Positions 24,618 through 36,288 of a DNA stretch of 64,000 nucleotides are shown piece by piece. The notes under the pieces are model-generated. The model was given only the letters and a program-made list of their open reading frames with translations, did not search any database and was not told the origin of the DNA. Made by a program: the position numbers and the translations under genes. How positions within the stretch are numbered: position 1 is the stretch's first letter; each line of letters starts with the position of its first letter. This DNA is from Asterias rubens (Eukaryota). The stretch is taken from NCBI RefSeq assembly GCF_902459465.1, contig NC_047083.1:10230001-10294000 (forward strand), given 5' to 3'.

Positions 24618-26757
24618 AAACCTCACCCTGACTGCATACAGCCGGAAGGAAAACAGAAGCTGGCATGGTGCCCGACTAACTTTGCGTGACGTCACTGCAT
24701 TATGTAGAAGGCGCTATATGAGATGATTTTCAAATGAATATTCATGAGATGATTTTTCAAATGAATATTCATGAGATGATTTTTCAAATGAATATTAACT
24801 TTATGAGCGTGTTGGTTGAAGTCTGTAAGAGTAATTTACCATCTAGAACCGGCTGTAAAGGATGGTTGGAAAAAAAAACGCGTCTATAATTTTAGATTTT
24901 AGTTTAGTTTATTGGAATAAATCAGAGTTTTCACTTGTAAAGTTTTTCAAACTTCACATACCTCTGTAAAGTTCTTGGACACATTTCTTTATAATGATAT
25001 TTTTTTCTGAAACACTCAGAATCAAATTCATATTTCACATAAATAGTTTGCAAACTCGGCTATGTTTTCTATTATAGAGTGCAAGAATAATAAAGGATTA
25101 TTTTGTCCTGGAAAATAATATTCTACAGAGAGGCTTTTCATTTTATTAATTTAAAACTGCATGTGCTGTAGATGTGGAGGGAAGCTTGCTAACCAGATAT
25201 TCTTAGTTAAATATTACTCGCTGTAACACTCAAGTTAGGCCTATTTGTGAATTGAAGACTATTTCAATATTTATTATCAAAATATAAATTGTTTTTTCTT
25301 GAAAACGGTATCACCACATGTGCCTTTTGTAATAATTAAGTGTACAAATATATATTTATGCATAGATTGGGTTAAAATCACCCTTGAGTAAGAATAGATC
25401 CCCCATAGGTATATAGACTGATGTAGTCTTAGGAATGGTCGACTGTGTATAAAGGGGGTATAAAGCTAATCAGTTCAGTCATTTGAATGCGAAAAGATAG
25501 CATAAGTCAAAACGCTTTGTATTTTATAATTTGCTATACCAAGTCTAATAAACAAAATGCTGAATTAACCTTTGGGTGTCTTGTTCCTTATTGGTAGCTG
25601 TGAAAGTGAATACTATATATATATATATTGAAACAGGGATCAGACTGTTTCATTTTTTAGGCTTTTTTTTAACGAGAGTTGCTGTGATGAAAAAGTTCGT
25701 TGAACTTATACTGAACCAGACGTTTGTGCTGTACGTGGTCTACAAAAGTGACTCAAGATAACATCACGTTATGATAATACCAACAGAAGTATAATGTTCA
25801 AATACACATTAAGTGAAACATGCATCTGCAGTAATAATTGGAATGCATGTTTCACTTCATGCGTATTTTGGAACAATACTATGTCCAGTCCAAAGTATGA
25901 AATTAGTGTTTGCTTTGTCTAATCTGGGAACACAATATATTTATTTTAGTTTTAATAACATGCTCAACCTATGTCTTTACAGTTACATTATAGTTTTTGA
26001 GAAAGAGGAAATTTCTCACTCAAGATTTGAATCTTAAAAAGACTTGCAGGCCTGAAGCATTTCTACCTAAAAGCACAACAAGGAATTGAAGGTGGCAAAC
26101 TATGTATGATAAACCTGATTATACCATTAACCTAATTACCAAAGTTAAACAATAATTGTTTGTGAATAATCAGTATTATGTTTATCCTGGGTGGCTGGAG
26201 GTTCTGTGCCCCCCCCCCCATATGGCGCCCTCTTTTGAATCATTCTTCTCAGGCTCTCGTTAAAATCCCTTCGGTGGGGGGGGGGGGGGGGGGGGGTTGG
26301 CTGCAATTAAGTATTGTGTGACGAGTTGTCATGATATTGAGAAAACCTGATAAGTCAATTTGGCTATAAAGTTTGCCCTTTTGCTCGACAAGTGGAGTGC
26401 AGTTTTATGAAATTGGCAGCAATAAGGTTAAGGGAAATAAACACAATTTCTGGGAGTAGTATTTTGTTCAACATTTTAATTAAGAATCAGTTTCGATAGA
26501 GGGCGGTTTAGTTAATGAATCACCAAGAGGGTTTTCAATTAGCGGGCGAAGTTCATTGGTGATATTTATTGCTGCTCGTACTTTGCAAGGGTGTTTTCAT
26601 CTGACTTTTGATTCTTTAGGGAGCCACTTTGTACATGTACTACATGGCCCCCGGGTCTAACATCTCACCAATGTTTTCTTTCTGGGGCGTTGGTTTATTA
26701 CGCACCGTATTATTTGTTTTTACATGTATCCAAAAGTTGGCAAAGGGGTGTTTTGAG

Positions 26758-26939
26758 TACGTAGTTGAAGTCATGGTGGGCAAGTAGTTTGCCGAAATCG
26801 GACGTTAAGTAAACGTTTTAATATATTTATTCACTTGGGTTAGGGTTAAAACACATTGGTTGACCTCGATTATTTTAAAAACGTTTACTTCACGTTATAT
26901 TTTTGCAAATTATTTGCCCACCATGACTTCAACTACGTA
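26758..26939. mobile_element. MITE with about 35-bp TIR TACGTAGTTGAAGTCATGGTGGGCAA
   Basis: Clear terminal inverted repeats ending in TA. Confidence 0.75.
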
Positions 26940-27749
26940 TCGAAAATACCCCCTTGCCGAATTTTGACTCTTGTTAACTTAAATATTTACAACTGTTGCT
27001 GGTAAAAGATACATCCAGCCCCGGGAGCCATGATGCACAAAATGGCTCTCTAAACAAGCTAAAGTCAGGTGAAAAATATTCAAGTTAGGCTTTCCGCCCT
27101 CTCGTTTGAACAGTTTCCTTTTAAAAATGTTGGACCGCACCTCATCAAAAAGGTTTGATAAGAAAACAAACAATTTTGAAGTTCTGGTAATGCCTGCAAC
27201 CAAAAGGAGTTCCCAGTGAGCTAAAACTAAAATTTAGTATAAACATCTGACGTTACACTTCAAGACTCGTAACTAATACTGTACCATCCTTGAGCCCACG
27301 TCAGGATCTTTCAAAATGCACCTTTGACTCTTTATGTCTGCTTTGCGCACACCGTTAAGTATACATAGCGCCCTCTGTTGATGTTGGAGCTCAATAGTAA
27401 TAATAATAATAATATGGATTTATAATACATTAAAAAGCAGCGTTATATTTATTTAAAGTGGCGGCAACGAAACACCACAACATGAAAAGAGAAACGCACC
27501 GTGGCACTAATGGGCTTCCGTACTCTTTAACTGTGGACTTAGATCCCGATAAGAAAATAGCAAATACAACGAAGTAACTATCTATATAGAGACTTGCGGT
27601 AACGCCATGTAATGACTATTGTCTGAAATTTAATGAGTTGGGTGGTTCTGAAAATAACCATTGGTTTCAACTCGACGTTTCGGTCAGTATGTAACTATCG
27701 TTTTGTGAATAACCATCAGTATAATCATCAGAGACAGGAAGTTTGCAAA

Positions 27750-30233
27750 ATGGCAATAGTTGGAAACAGAAGAGGCTGGATTGCTGTGGCTTGTTTGAAT
27801 GTAACTTGGATGTTATGGACGGGAACTATTAAAGGTCTTGGATTGATGATACCGAGTCTTATGGAGCAATTTACAGCTCAGACTTGGCTGATAGGGTGGA
27901 TGATAGATATTGTTATTGCAGTTATTAATATTTCAGGTAATTTATCTTCAGTGAAAATATCGTCTTCTTTTCTGTTTGGGAATCACTCTTCATCGTTCTT
28001 GTTATCATTTTCTTTCATTACTTACAGCTATTGGTACTACTACTTAAAATAATTACTTGGTATTGAGCAAAGGTGAGCTGTTGATAATAAAACAGTTAAT
28101 AATGGCTCCCTTTGAAGAAACGTAGTTTTTAAGAAAAAGGGTGTTTCTTTACTCAAAATATTAAAATACTTCCAGACTTGAAGCCTTTTATTTTGCATCT
28201 GGAAGCAGACACTTGTCCACCAAGGTAGTTTTTCTTTCATTGTTCTCCTGTATCTTCGATGACCAATAGAGTCAACTTTTTCACAGATTTGTTATGCATA
28301 CACATTATGCTGGGATTCAACCAAAGATGTCCAGTGCCTTTAAAACATACACAGAATTATTACTTATACAAGACCGTCAGTTTTACCGTTAGGGGCGACA
28401 TTCGGTCCTAGATTTGTTGTCACTTTAAACTCACAAATGAATAAACCAATATTATGCAAGTCTTAGAACACACTTCTTATGTGGAATGATTGGTGCACTG
28501 TTCGCAATTTATGGTCCCGATTTACTGTTTGGTTCTGTGTTTTACAACCTGATAGGACCGGTAGCTGCACCGTTGGGGGCGACATTTGGTGTTAGAGCTG
28601 TTGTCATGGTGAGCGGTATGATGGTTGGAGGTTCTTTGATTGTGGCTTCATTTGGTTCAATCGTTGCTCAACTCATAATGATACTGGCGATTGGATATGG
28701 TAAATCGAAACAAAGTTTGACAAATCTCGTTTTTTTCTTCTTCTTATGAACTCAAAGGACCAACAAGTTTTTTTTAAATGCCCCCCCCCCCCAAAAAAAA
28801 AAAAAAAACTGGAAAAAATCGAAAACAGTTTGAAAAATCGAGATACAGTCTTTTCATCAAGGCAATAATATGACAACTTCATTCAAACATTATAATTACT
28901 CTAAATTGTGAAATGTTCCTTTTGCTTTAAAGGGCCAGGAATGAGCTTCGCAAATATTCTGACAAAAGTTGAAATAGCACGTCGTTTCGAGCATAACTAC
29001 GCAACAGCTAATGGAATCGCACAAACAGGAAACCCACTTGGACTGATCTTAGTCGTTCCTTTAATCAAACTATGTCTTGATACATACGGATGGAGGGGTG
29101 CATTTCTTGTGTTAGGAGGACTGAACCTGAATCTTGTCGTATGTGGCGCCCTTCTAGGTAAACCATCAATTGAGACGAATCGAGAATCTTTCAAGTCTGT
29201 TCCTTCTTGCGAGGAGGGAACCACCACAAAGAGTAGTACTTTAAGAAACGCTTTGGTGATTCTAAAAAGTCGATTCGGCATCTCTGTTTGTCTGCGTCTT
29301 ACCTTCTGGATCCCAGCTATTATGTTTATTTGTAACACTGTAGTGGACGCTTTCTGGAGTATTTACTACGTCAACCACGTGGAAGTTAAAGGTTTCACCT
29401 CAGATAACGCAGTGGTCTTCATCACAGCGGCTGGTGTGGCCAAACTATTCTCAAAAATTGGTTTTGGAATTCTGGTCGATAGAGGGATTTTGAAGCTGAG
29501 ACCAGCACTCGCTATTGTTATAATAGTACCTATGATTTGTTTAATCATTGATCCATGGATGGACTCCTATTGGCTGTTGCTAATTAATGTCGTCATCTTT
29601 GCAGCCTTCTCTAGTGCCCTGGCGTCTTTGAATGATGTTTACACGAGGGAGTTAATTGGAAGGGACCTGATTGCTTGTGCATTTAGTTGGATGGGTTTGG
29701 CAATCGGTATCATAACCTTCTGCAGCGGATTTTTACCAGGTAAATTAATATTCATGAAGTTTTTTTTATCTACTATGCCATAAATGCTCTTCATAACAAC
29801 GCAGCGAGGCAAGCTAGAAACAAGTTTAGTTTTGAGGTAGTTGATCCAATATACTGGCTGCAAACTTAATAAGTGTTTCTCTTTCACACGCAGCGAGGCA
29901 AGCTAGAAACAAGTTTAGTTTTGAGGTAGTTGATCCAATATACTGGCTGCAAACTTAATAAGGCCGTGTCCGAAACGGTGACTTCGGCTACAGCTATGGC
30001 TAGCTCGCGCGCGTCTGCCTATTCTTCAACACTGGTAGACGCGCTGATCTAGACGTAGCTGTAGCCGAAGTCGTCGTTTCGGACACGGCCTAAGTGTTTC
30101 TCTTTCACATTTAGGTTGGATACTCGAGCAGACTGGAAGCTATGACGTAGCATTCGTCGTCACAGGATGTCTTTATATTCCACCGTTGGTGGCACTCTTT
30201 ATAGAAAGTGTTCTTCTACAAAGAAACACTTGA
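27750..30233 (+). CDS. SLC16/monocarboxylate transporter-like MFS protein
   Basis: Exons 27750-27936, 28556-28699, 28933-29739, 30115-30233. GWIAVAC...KGLG (TM1), ANGIAQTG, YGWRGAFLVLGGLNLNLVVCGALL, GWILEQTGSYDVAF are SLC16 hallmarks; multiple hydrophobic segments. Confidence 0.88.
29962..30090. mobile_element. 129-bp Tourist/PIF-Harbinger-like MITE with TAA target duplication
   Basis: TIR GGCCGTGTCCGAAAC / GTTTCGGACACGGCC; TAA at 29959-61 and 30091-93. The empty site is visible in the duplicated segment just upstream. Confidence 0.88.
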
Positions 30234-31409
30234 TCTTTGGTTGTATGCAATGTTTTTGTTGTGCTTTTGGGCTCATATTATGGAGTTATTCGTGTTGACA
30301 AGTTATATTTACTCAAACACTTATTAAATTTGGTGAAGTTTGCAGATACTACTATTCCGTCCACGTCGATTCAAGTATAGTGCGCCACCTAGAGGGTGCA
30401 CTGGGCCAGGCGAAATTGTTTTGTAGTATTATTATTAGTTTTGTATGACATAAAAAACTGCAGGATCTCTTTTGGCGAACTTACGTTTTTTTATGGTGGA
30501 TATGAAACGTTGTCATTAGGAAAGTTAAGATATGAAGAGCGTGTTGTCAATGTCGATGTGAGGCTTGGTTTACTTTTCAAGATGGACAAAAGGTATCACT
30601 GGTGTTAACACTGTGTCTTTAGTGACGTACTTTTTAATGAAATTGTTTCAACCCTGCAGGATCTTGGCTGTACAACATTGACCGAGCAAAAAGTTTGTAA
30701 CATTAATTAAATGTTCTCGGATTGTCCTTCGTTTTGAAAAGTTCACCATTATAGTTGGGTACATGTAAACACTTAAAATCTCCCTTAAAGGCACTGCACA
30801 CTATTGGTAATTATTACTCGAAATAATTGTTAGCTAAAAACTTTCTTGGTAACAAGCAATGGAGAGCTGTTGATAGTATAAAATATTGTGAGAAACGGCT
30901 CCCTCTGAAGTAATGTAGTTTCTGAGCTAGTAATTTTCCACTCAATTAATAAAAACTTAATTAGCTGAAGCCTTTTATGCATCTGACGAAAGCACACAAA
31001 GTAGGGCAACAGGGTTGTTCCCTTTCATGATTCTTTCGCATCTTCAATGACCAATATTGAGCCCAAATTTTTCCAGGTTTGTTATTTCATGCAAGTTGGG
31101 ATACACCAAGATAGAAGACTTGTCTTTGACAATTACCAAAAGGTGTCCAGGGCCTGTAAATGACCATTAAGGTATTGCAGGGACGTGTCCGTGCGGCTTG
31201 CCTTTGGCCGGGCCACCAGGTTTGTTTTTCTTACAAAGTAGTCTTTTTTAAAAGTACACAACCATAAAAAGTTGTAAATGTTATAATTATGTGTGGTGCA
31301 CTTATCGACCTAAATACCTATAAATGAATTACAATGATAAAGGTTGTGTCAAACTCAAGTTTGTTCTTTGTTATTGATGTAAACGATACTGAAATTAATC
31401 ACGTGAGGA

Positions 31410-31690
31410 TTAAGTACCTCGTTCGTACAAGTGACAGTTCTCAACAAACATGACGTCATCCACGAGAGCTTCGAATTGAGTGACGTCATTAAGTTGACAC
31501 GTCATCTTCTTCCCATCTTGGATGATATTGAATGATTGACACTTCGCCTCCCTGGTACACTTCGAGCCACATTCAAGGTTTGTACCAATTCTTGTACAGT
31601 GAATCTCTCTTGTCACCAACGCAGAGCAGGGAACCAGTGTTATCAATATCTCTACATCCAATCCACAACTCGATCTCCTCTGACGTTTTG
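31410..31690 (-). pseudogene. Truncated, internally deleted paralog of the C-type lectin/PAN gene
   Basis: One frame gives EEIELWIGCRDIDNTGSLLCVGDKRDSLYKNW (compare LQLWIGCKDVDNTRKMRCQGDQDNTLYPNW in the neighbour). Another frame gives LECGSKCTREAKCQSFNIIQDGKKMTCQLNDVT...CHLYE (PAN-like). No start codon or signal peptide. Confidence 0.75.
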
Positions 31691-31694
31691 GCGC

Positions 31695-32462
31695 CTAAAC
31701 AGTTAAAGGCTCATAATAGAAGCATGTGTCCATAGATGTGACGTCGGTGATGACGTCAGCTTCAAGACGAGTTGCGTCATTGTGCTGGCAAATGATTCCA
31801 TCAAGCTTCTTCAAGAGATTGAAGGAGTGGCAGTGGGGCTCGGCCCAGCAGGTCAGACCACACCCAATAGGGTGTTTGACGATAAAGCTCTTGATCTGAT
31901 GGTTGAGCATACACAACTCGGGCGCGTGGATGTAAAGAGCCGATGAGGGCGCTATTCGAGGTCGGTATAACTCTACCTTCGTTTCACAGGCCACAAAGAA
32001 GAGACTGTTACAATTCCTATCTGCAAGCATCCCGCTGTATTCTCCTTTCATCCTTATGCAATCGTGTGCTTCATTCGGCTCGTTGTCATGCCAATTTGGA
32101 TAAAGTGTGTTATCTTGATCACCTTGGCAACGCATCTTTCTTGTATTGTCAACATCCTTACACCCAATCCAAAGTTGTAAGTCTCCGGACGGTACTGCAC
32201 CTTTAAGTATCATCCATTTGGTCATCTCGTCCCATAAATAATCGTACTCACTGTCTGTATTTGGGACTATCATATTTACCCCAAGTTGTTCACATGCCTT
32301 TACACCATCGTCATAATTCATCTTGCTGGACAGTAAAATGTAGCATGAATCATTCCATTCCTTCCAACCAGGTGGACATGCTGACGTCACAGCACTAACA
32401 GCAACAACAACAACAACAAGTGCGGTTTGAAAATACTTCTGAGATGCAGTCGTAGATGCCAT
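31695..32462 (-). CDS. Secreted C-type lectin (EPN type) with C-terminal PAN/apple-like domain, intronless CDS
   Basis: 255-aa ORF: signal peptide, CPPGWKEWNDSCY, LWIG, NWHDNEPNE...C...ADRNC, CE; then C-x-CGLTCWAEPHCHSFN...CQHN...CFYYE. Confidence 0.9.
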   Translation of the reverse strand: MASTTASQKYFQTALVVVVVAVSAVTSACPPGWKEWNDSCYILLSSKMNYDDGVKACEQLGVNMIVPNTDSEYDYLWDEMTKWMILKGAVPSGDLQLWIGCKDVDNTRKMRCQGDQDNTLYPNWHDNEPNEAHDCIRMKGEYSGMLADRNCNSLFFVACETKVELYRPRIAPSSALYIHAPELCMLNHQIKSFIVKHPIGCGLTCWAEPHCHSFNLLKKLDGIICQHNDATRLEADVITDVTSMDTCFYYEPLTV

Positions 32463-35400
32463 TTTTCAGAATAAAATCAAGATCTCAATTTTGTTGAGAG
32501 ATTTAAAACTCTGTCTAATGAGCAGTGTATTCTCTGACGCAGTCTGAATAATGTCGTCGCCCACTCTGATCGTCTCACAGCCTATAATGCTCGAGTTAGC
32601 AATTTCAGCAATGACGACTACTCTGCTGACGGCTAACAATTGTTTTCATGTAGACCTATCCCATAATACTTGTGATACATTGCATTGTTCATGTGGCACA
32701 TAAAAGGTCAGTCATTATCTATTATTCCCCAGAGAATCATTAACAGTTTCCAACCCAACGGAGGCGCCACCAGTAATTCACACCAGTAATTCACACAAAC
32801 AAATACCGTTCCTAAGGGGTGATATTTTTTACTTTGCGCATTGCGGTGAATTTTTGTGTAATGGCTTTCTGCCACTATTGGTATTACTCATTATAATTGT
32901 TAGCATAAAGACTAACTTGGTAATGAGCAATAAAATTGAGAGCAGTTGATAGTTGTGAGAAACGGCTTCCCTTGAAGCAACGTAGTTTTTGAGAAAGAGG
33001 TAATTTCTCACCGGAAGTCCTTTTTTTATGCATCACATGTGCAACCAGGGTGGTTTTTTTTTCATCATTCTCTTGCAATTTCGATGACCAATAGCTCAAA
33101 TTGTCACAGTTTTTTTTATTAATTCATAATGTTAGGAAACACCAAGTGAACATACTAGTCTTTGACAAAAATATTACCAAATGTGTCCAGTGCCATCTGT
33201 TTTTGGAACAATCCTATGTAGAGATAGATACATTAAAACTAACCCATGAAAAACCCTGGAAAGCGCCCCTTTGTTTTTGCGCACATTGACGCGCTGCTTG
33301 GTCACGATCACCGCTGCAGCTTTCATTATATTCTTGCATTATTGAGTTCAGAATAAGGGAATCAATGTGTAATGAAGAGGTTTTCAACTAGTGGTTTAAA
33401 CCCATGCCGAGGCCTGGACTTGATAATTTTTCCAAGACGAAGTCGAGGTAAATTATAAAGAACCAGGCCTCATAAATACATTTACGGTCAAAAAACATCA
33501 ACACCTTTGGTCACAAGGTAAAATGAATGCAAAAATTATAATTATTCAATGATTTCTTTCAACACAACACCCCTCCAGCTATGAAATGGTTAAAGGCGAT
33601 CAGGTACCATAATCATTTACAGGATTATTGTTGTCAAATTAATTGAAAGCCGGGCTGTTTCTATGCTCCAAAACCGTATAGCTAATAGGGTAATACATCA
33701 AATACTGTTAATAAAGTGACCCATAATAAAATAACTGACTATAGCTAGCATAGAAGTCACATAGATGTATAATTGGAAAATGTACATCATTTTTTATAAT
33801 TTTTTAAAGTAGTGGTTAGCCCTTTCGCTCATCGGTTTAGAAGTCGGGGTGTGGGGCTATTGAGCTGCAGATCAGATTTTGTTTACAAACAGCTTGGAAA
33901 AGCAACCGATCGTTATTATAATTAGTTAAAAATATTACTTTTGTCTTTGCCTTGGAAAAAAATACTAATGATGACATTTTTTGTCACCAATTTGTATGGA
34001 GCTATAGCTTCATGAGGAGGGCCGGTGTCAGATGCAATTGTGTCCGCCATGCAATACTGTCCGACCCGGACTGTTTTGCATATGCAATCGTGTCCGGGGC
34101 TATCCAAAAACCGTCCGGTGGACATGTACATGAATGTACATGTACATTGTGCGCGCGTAAGTGAGCGTGCATGCTCTGAACCTACGTATACGCAGCATGA
34201 ATATTCACGTATTTTATAATTGCAGCGAATACCCATCGGCCGAACATTTCCCATGTCATTAATGACATGCACTTAGCTTGTAAAAAAAAATGGCGATTTT
34301 CTTTAATAGCCATAGACCCTCTTGCACACGTCACAAGCCCCAAAACTGTCCCCCACACTGAGGTCCATTAACAGCTATCATTGGCTGACAGTTGCGCGTG
34401 AACACGCGAATGCATGTTTCAATGTTTGAAATCAAAGATGGCGGTCAATGAACGTGGTCTCAAATACTGGCCTTCGTTAGTTAAGTTCAGTTTGGGTTCA
34501 GTTTGATTAGATAATCCGGTACAAATTATTGTTCGTGGTCTGCATGGGGGCTAGATAAGATTTAGTCATTAGTCTTGGTCACAAGACACTCCAGTTGTGT
34601 CGTCTAATAAACCATCACCCACGAACAACTCACCCGCCACTAGAGGGCACCATCACCCCAGTAACCGCTGACAAATTTACATTTTCCTCATAGAAGAAGT
34701 GCCCGTTAACCAGAGGAAACTTTCTGTGCCCCTTTTAGAAGTTCAAGGCCTTATTTAAAACACACAAACCCGCAACCCACTCAAAGCGGTAGGCTCTGTC
34801 ACTCAAAGTCAGAGTTGTGATGCAGTAGTTGCACCTTGAAGAAAACTAATTAAAAAGAGCTCTCCATTTATTACCAATAGAGGTCGCACTTTGAGGGCGA
34901 TGATAAAAAAAGAGCTCTCCATTTATTATCGATAGAGGTCGCACTTTAAAGGTGATGATACAAAGAATTTGGACGCAGCATCGATTTGCACATAGAGATT
35001 AGACCACAACTCACGTGTAAAAACGCAATAGACTAATATTCTCTACCCGCAGTAGTAGAGAAATTAAGAGGCCAAGGTAAGACCAAACAATGCTCTCTGT
35101 TTTTAGTGGAACAAAGGGACATTTTTATTTGAAAACTGGAAGATTTTTCTAGTGAAATACTCATGTTGGGTGATGTTGTAGGTTTAATATGTTCAAGTTT
35201 TGGGGGCTAATTAAATTAAAGCGGCCGGCCTCCGGGATTTTCCCCTAGCCGTCCCACTCCCAGGCCTCACTCCTCAGTAGTCAGTGAGTAACAAAACAGA
35301 GAGACAAGTTGGGCCAAAAGCTGTCTGAAATTTTAAAAATCTGATTTCTGTAGGTAAGGGGAGGTAAGAAGTTAACCGTTAACGAATGTCTCTCCATGCC

Positions 35401-35485
35401 ATGGCTCTGGCTTGCTGGAGTAATGAAACCCGAACCTGCAAGGGAAGTGCAACCACTTCACTTTTCATTTTGTGTGGCTTTGTTT

Positions 35486-35505
35486 GTTCTGGAATTTTCC
35501 AGAAA
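35486..35505. promoter_or_regulatory. Perfect four-pentamer heat-shock element in FKBP4 intron 1
   Basis: gTTCt-gGAAt-tTTCc-aGAAa, about 130 nt downstream of putative 5'UTR-exon donors (35354/35364). Confidence 0.7.
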
Positions 35506-36288
35506 GAAATATTTTTGTTTCTTCTTTAAAGGCAGTGGACACTATTGGTAATTTCTCAAAATATTTATTATCATAAAACCTTACTTGATTACGAGTAATA
35601 GGGAGAGGTTGATAGTATAAAATTGTGAGAAACAGCTCCCTCTGAAGTAATGTAGTTTTTAAAAAAGAAATAATTTTCCACAATTTTTGATTTCGAGACC
35701 TCAGATTTAGAATTTGAGGTCTCGAAATCAAGCATCTGAAAGCACACAACTTCTTGTGACAAGGGTGTTTTTTTCTTTCATTATTATCTCACAACTTCGA
35801 CGACCATTGGAGCTCAAATTTTCGCAGGATAGTTATTTTAGGCATATGTTGACTGTTGAGATGCACCATCTGTGAAGACTAGTCTTTGACAATTAGCAAT
35901 AGTGTCCACTGTCTTTAATTGTCAATTTTGACAATCACAATGACAATCACACATAAGTCATAAATGAAATCAAGTTTCAGTAAATAGTATATTGGAGAAG
36001 GGCAATAAATTGATTGATACAAAGTATAGAAACTATAAACAATGGTGTGGAAAAAAAATGAAGGTTCACAATAAATGTCTCTATGTTTTACCATGATTTT
36101 ACATTCTTTCTTTTTTTAGTCAAATTTGTACAGCCCTGGGCCTTATTTTTACATGGCAGTGAGTCTATGACCAAACAATCAACACACCAGAAACAATTAA
36201 ATTCTTATTGTTACAAAGTATGGAACCTTTACGGATACTTAAGTTGTGTAATTTGTTGAATTTGACTTTCATTTCAGAGTTTTAAAAC

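Noticed and set aside
26274-26296. Long G homopolymer (also C runs near 28780 and 49910) as G-quadruplex elements
   Set aside because: Simple homopolymers with unreliable length and no other support.
27671-27733. CTGATGA...GAAACGTC on the minus strand as a second intact hammerhead
   Set aside because: Stem I cannot form next to that CTGATGA, and the expected stem II 5' strand is degenerate; counted only as a remnant.
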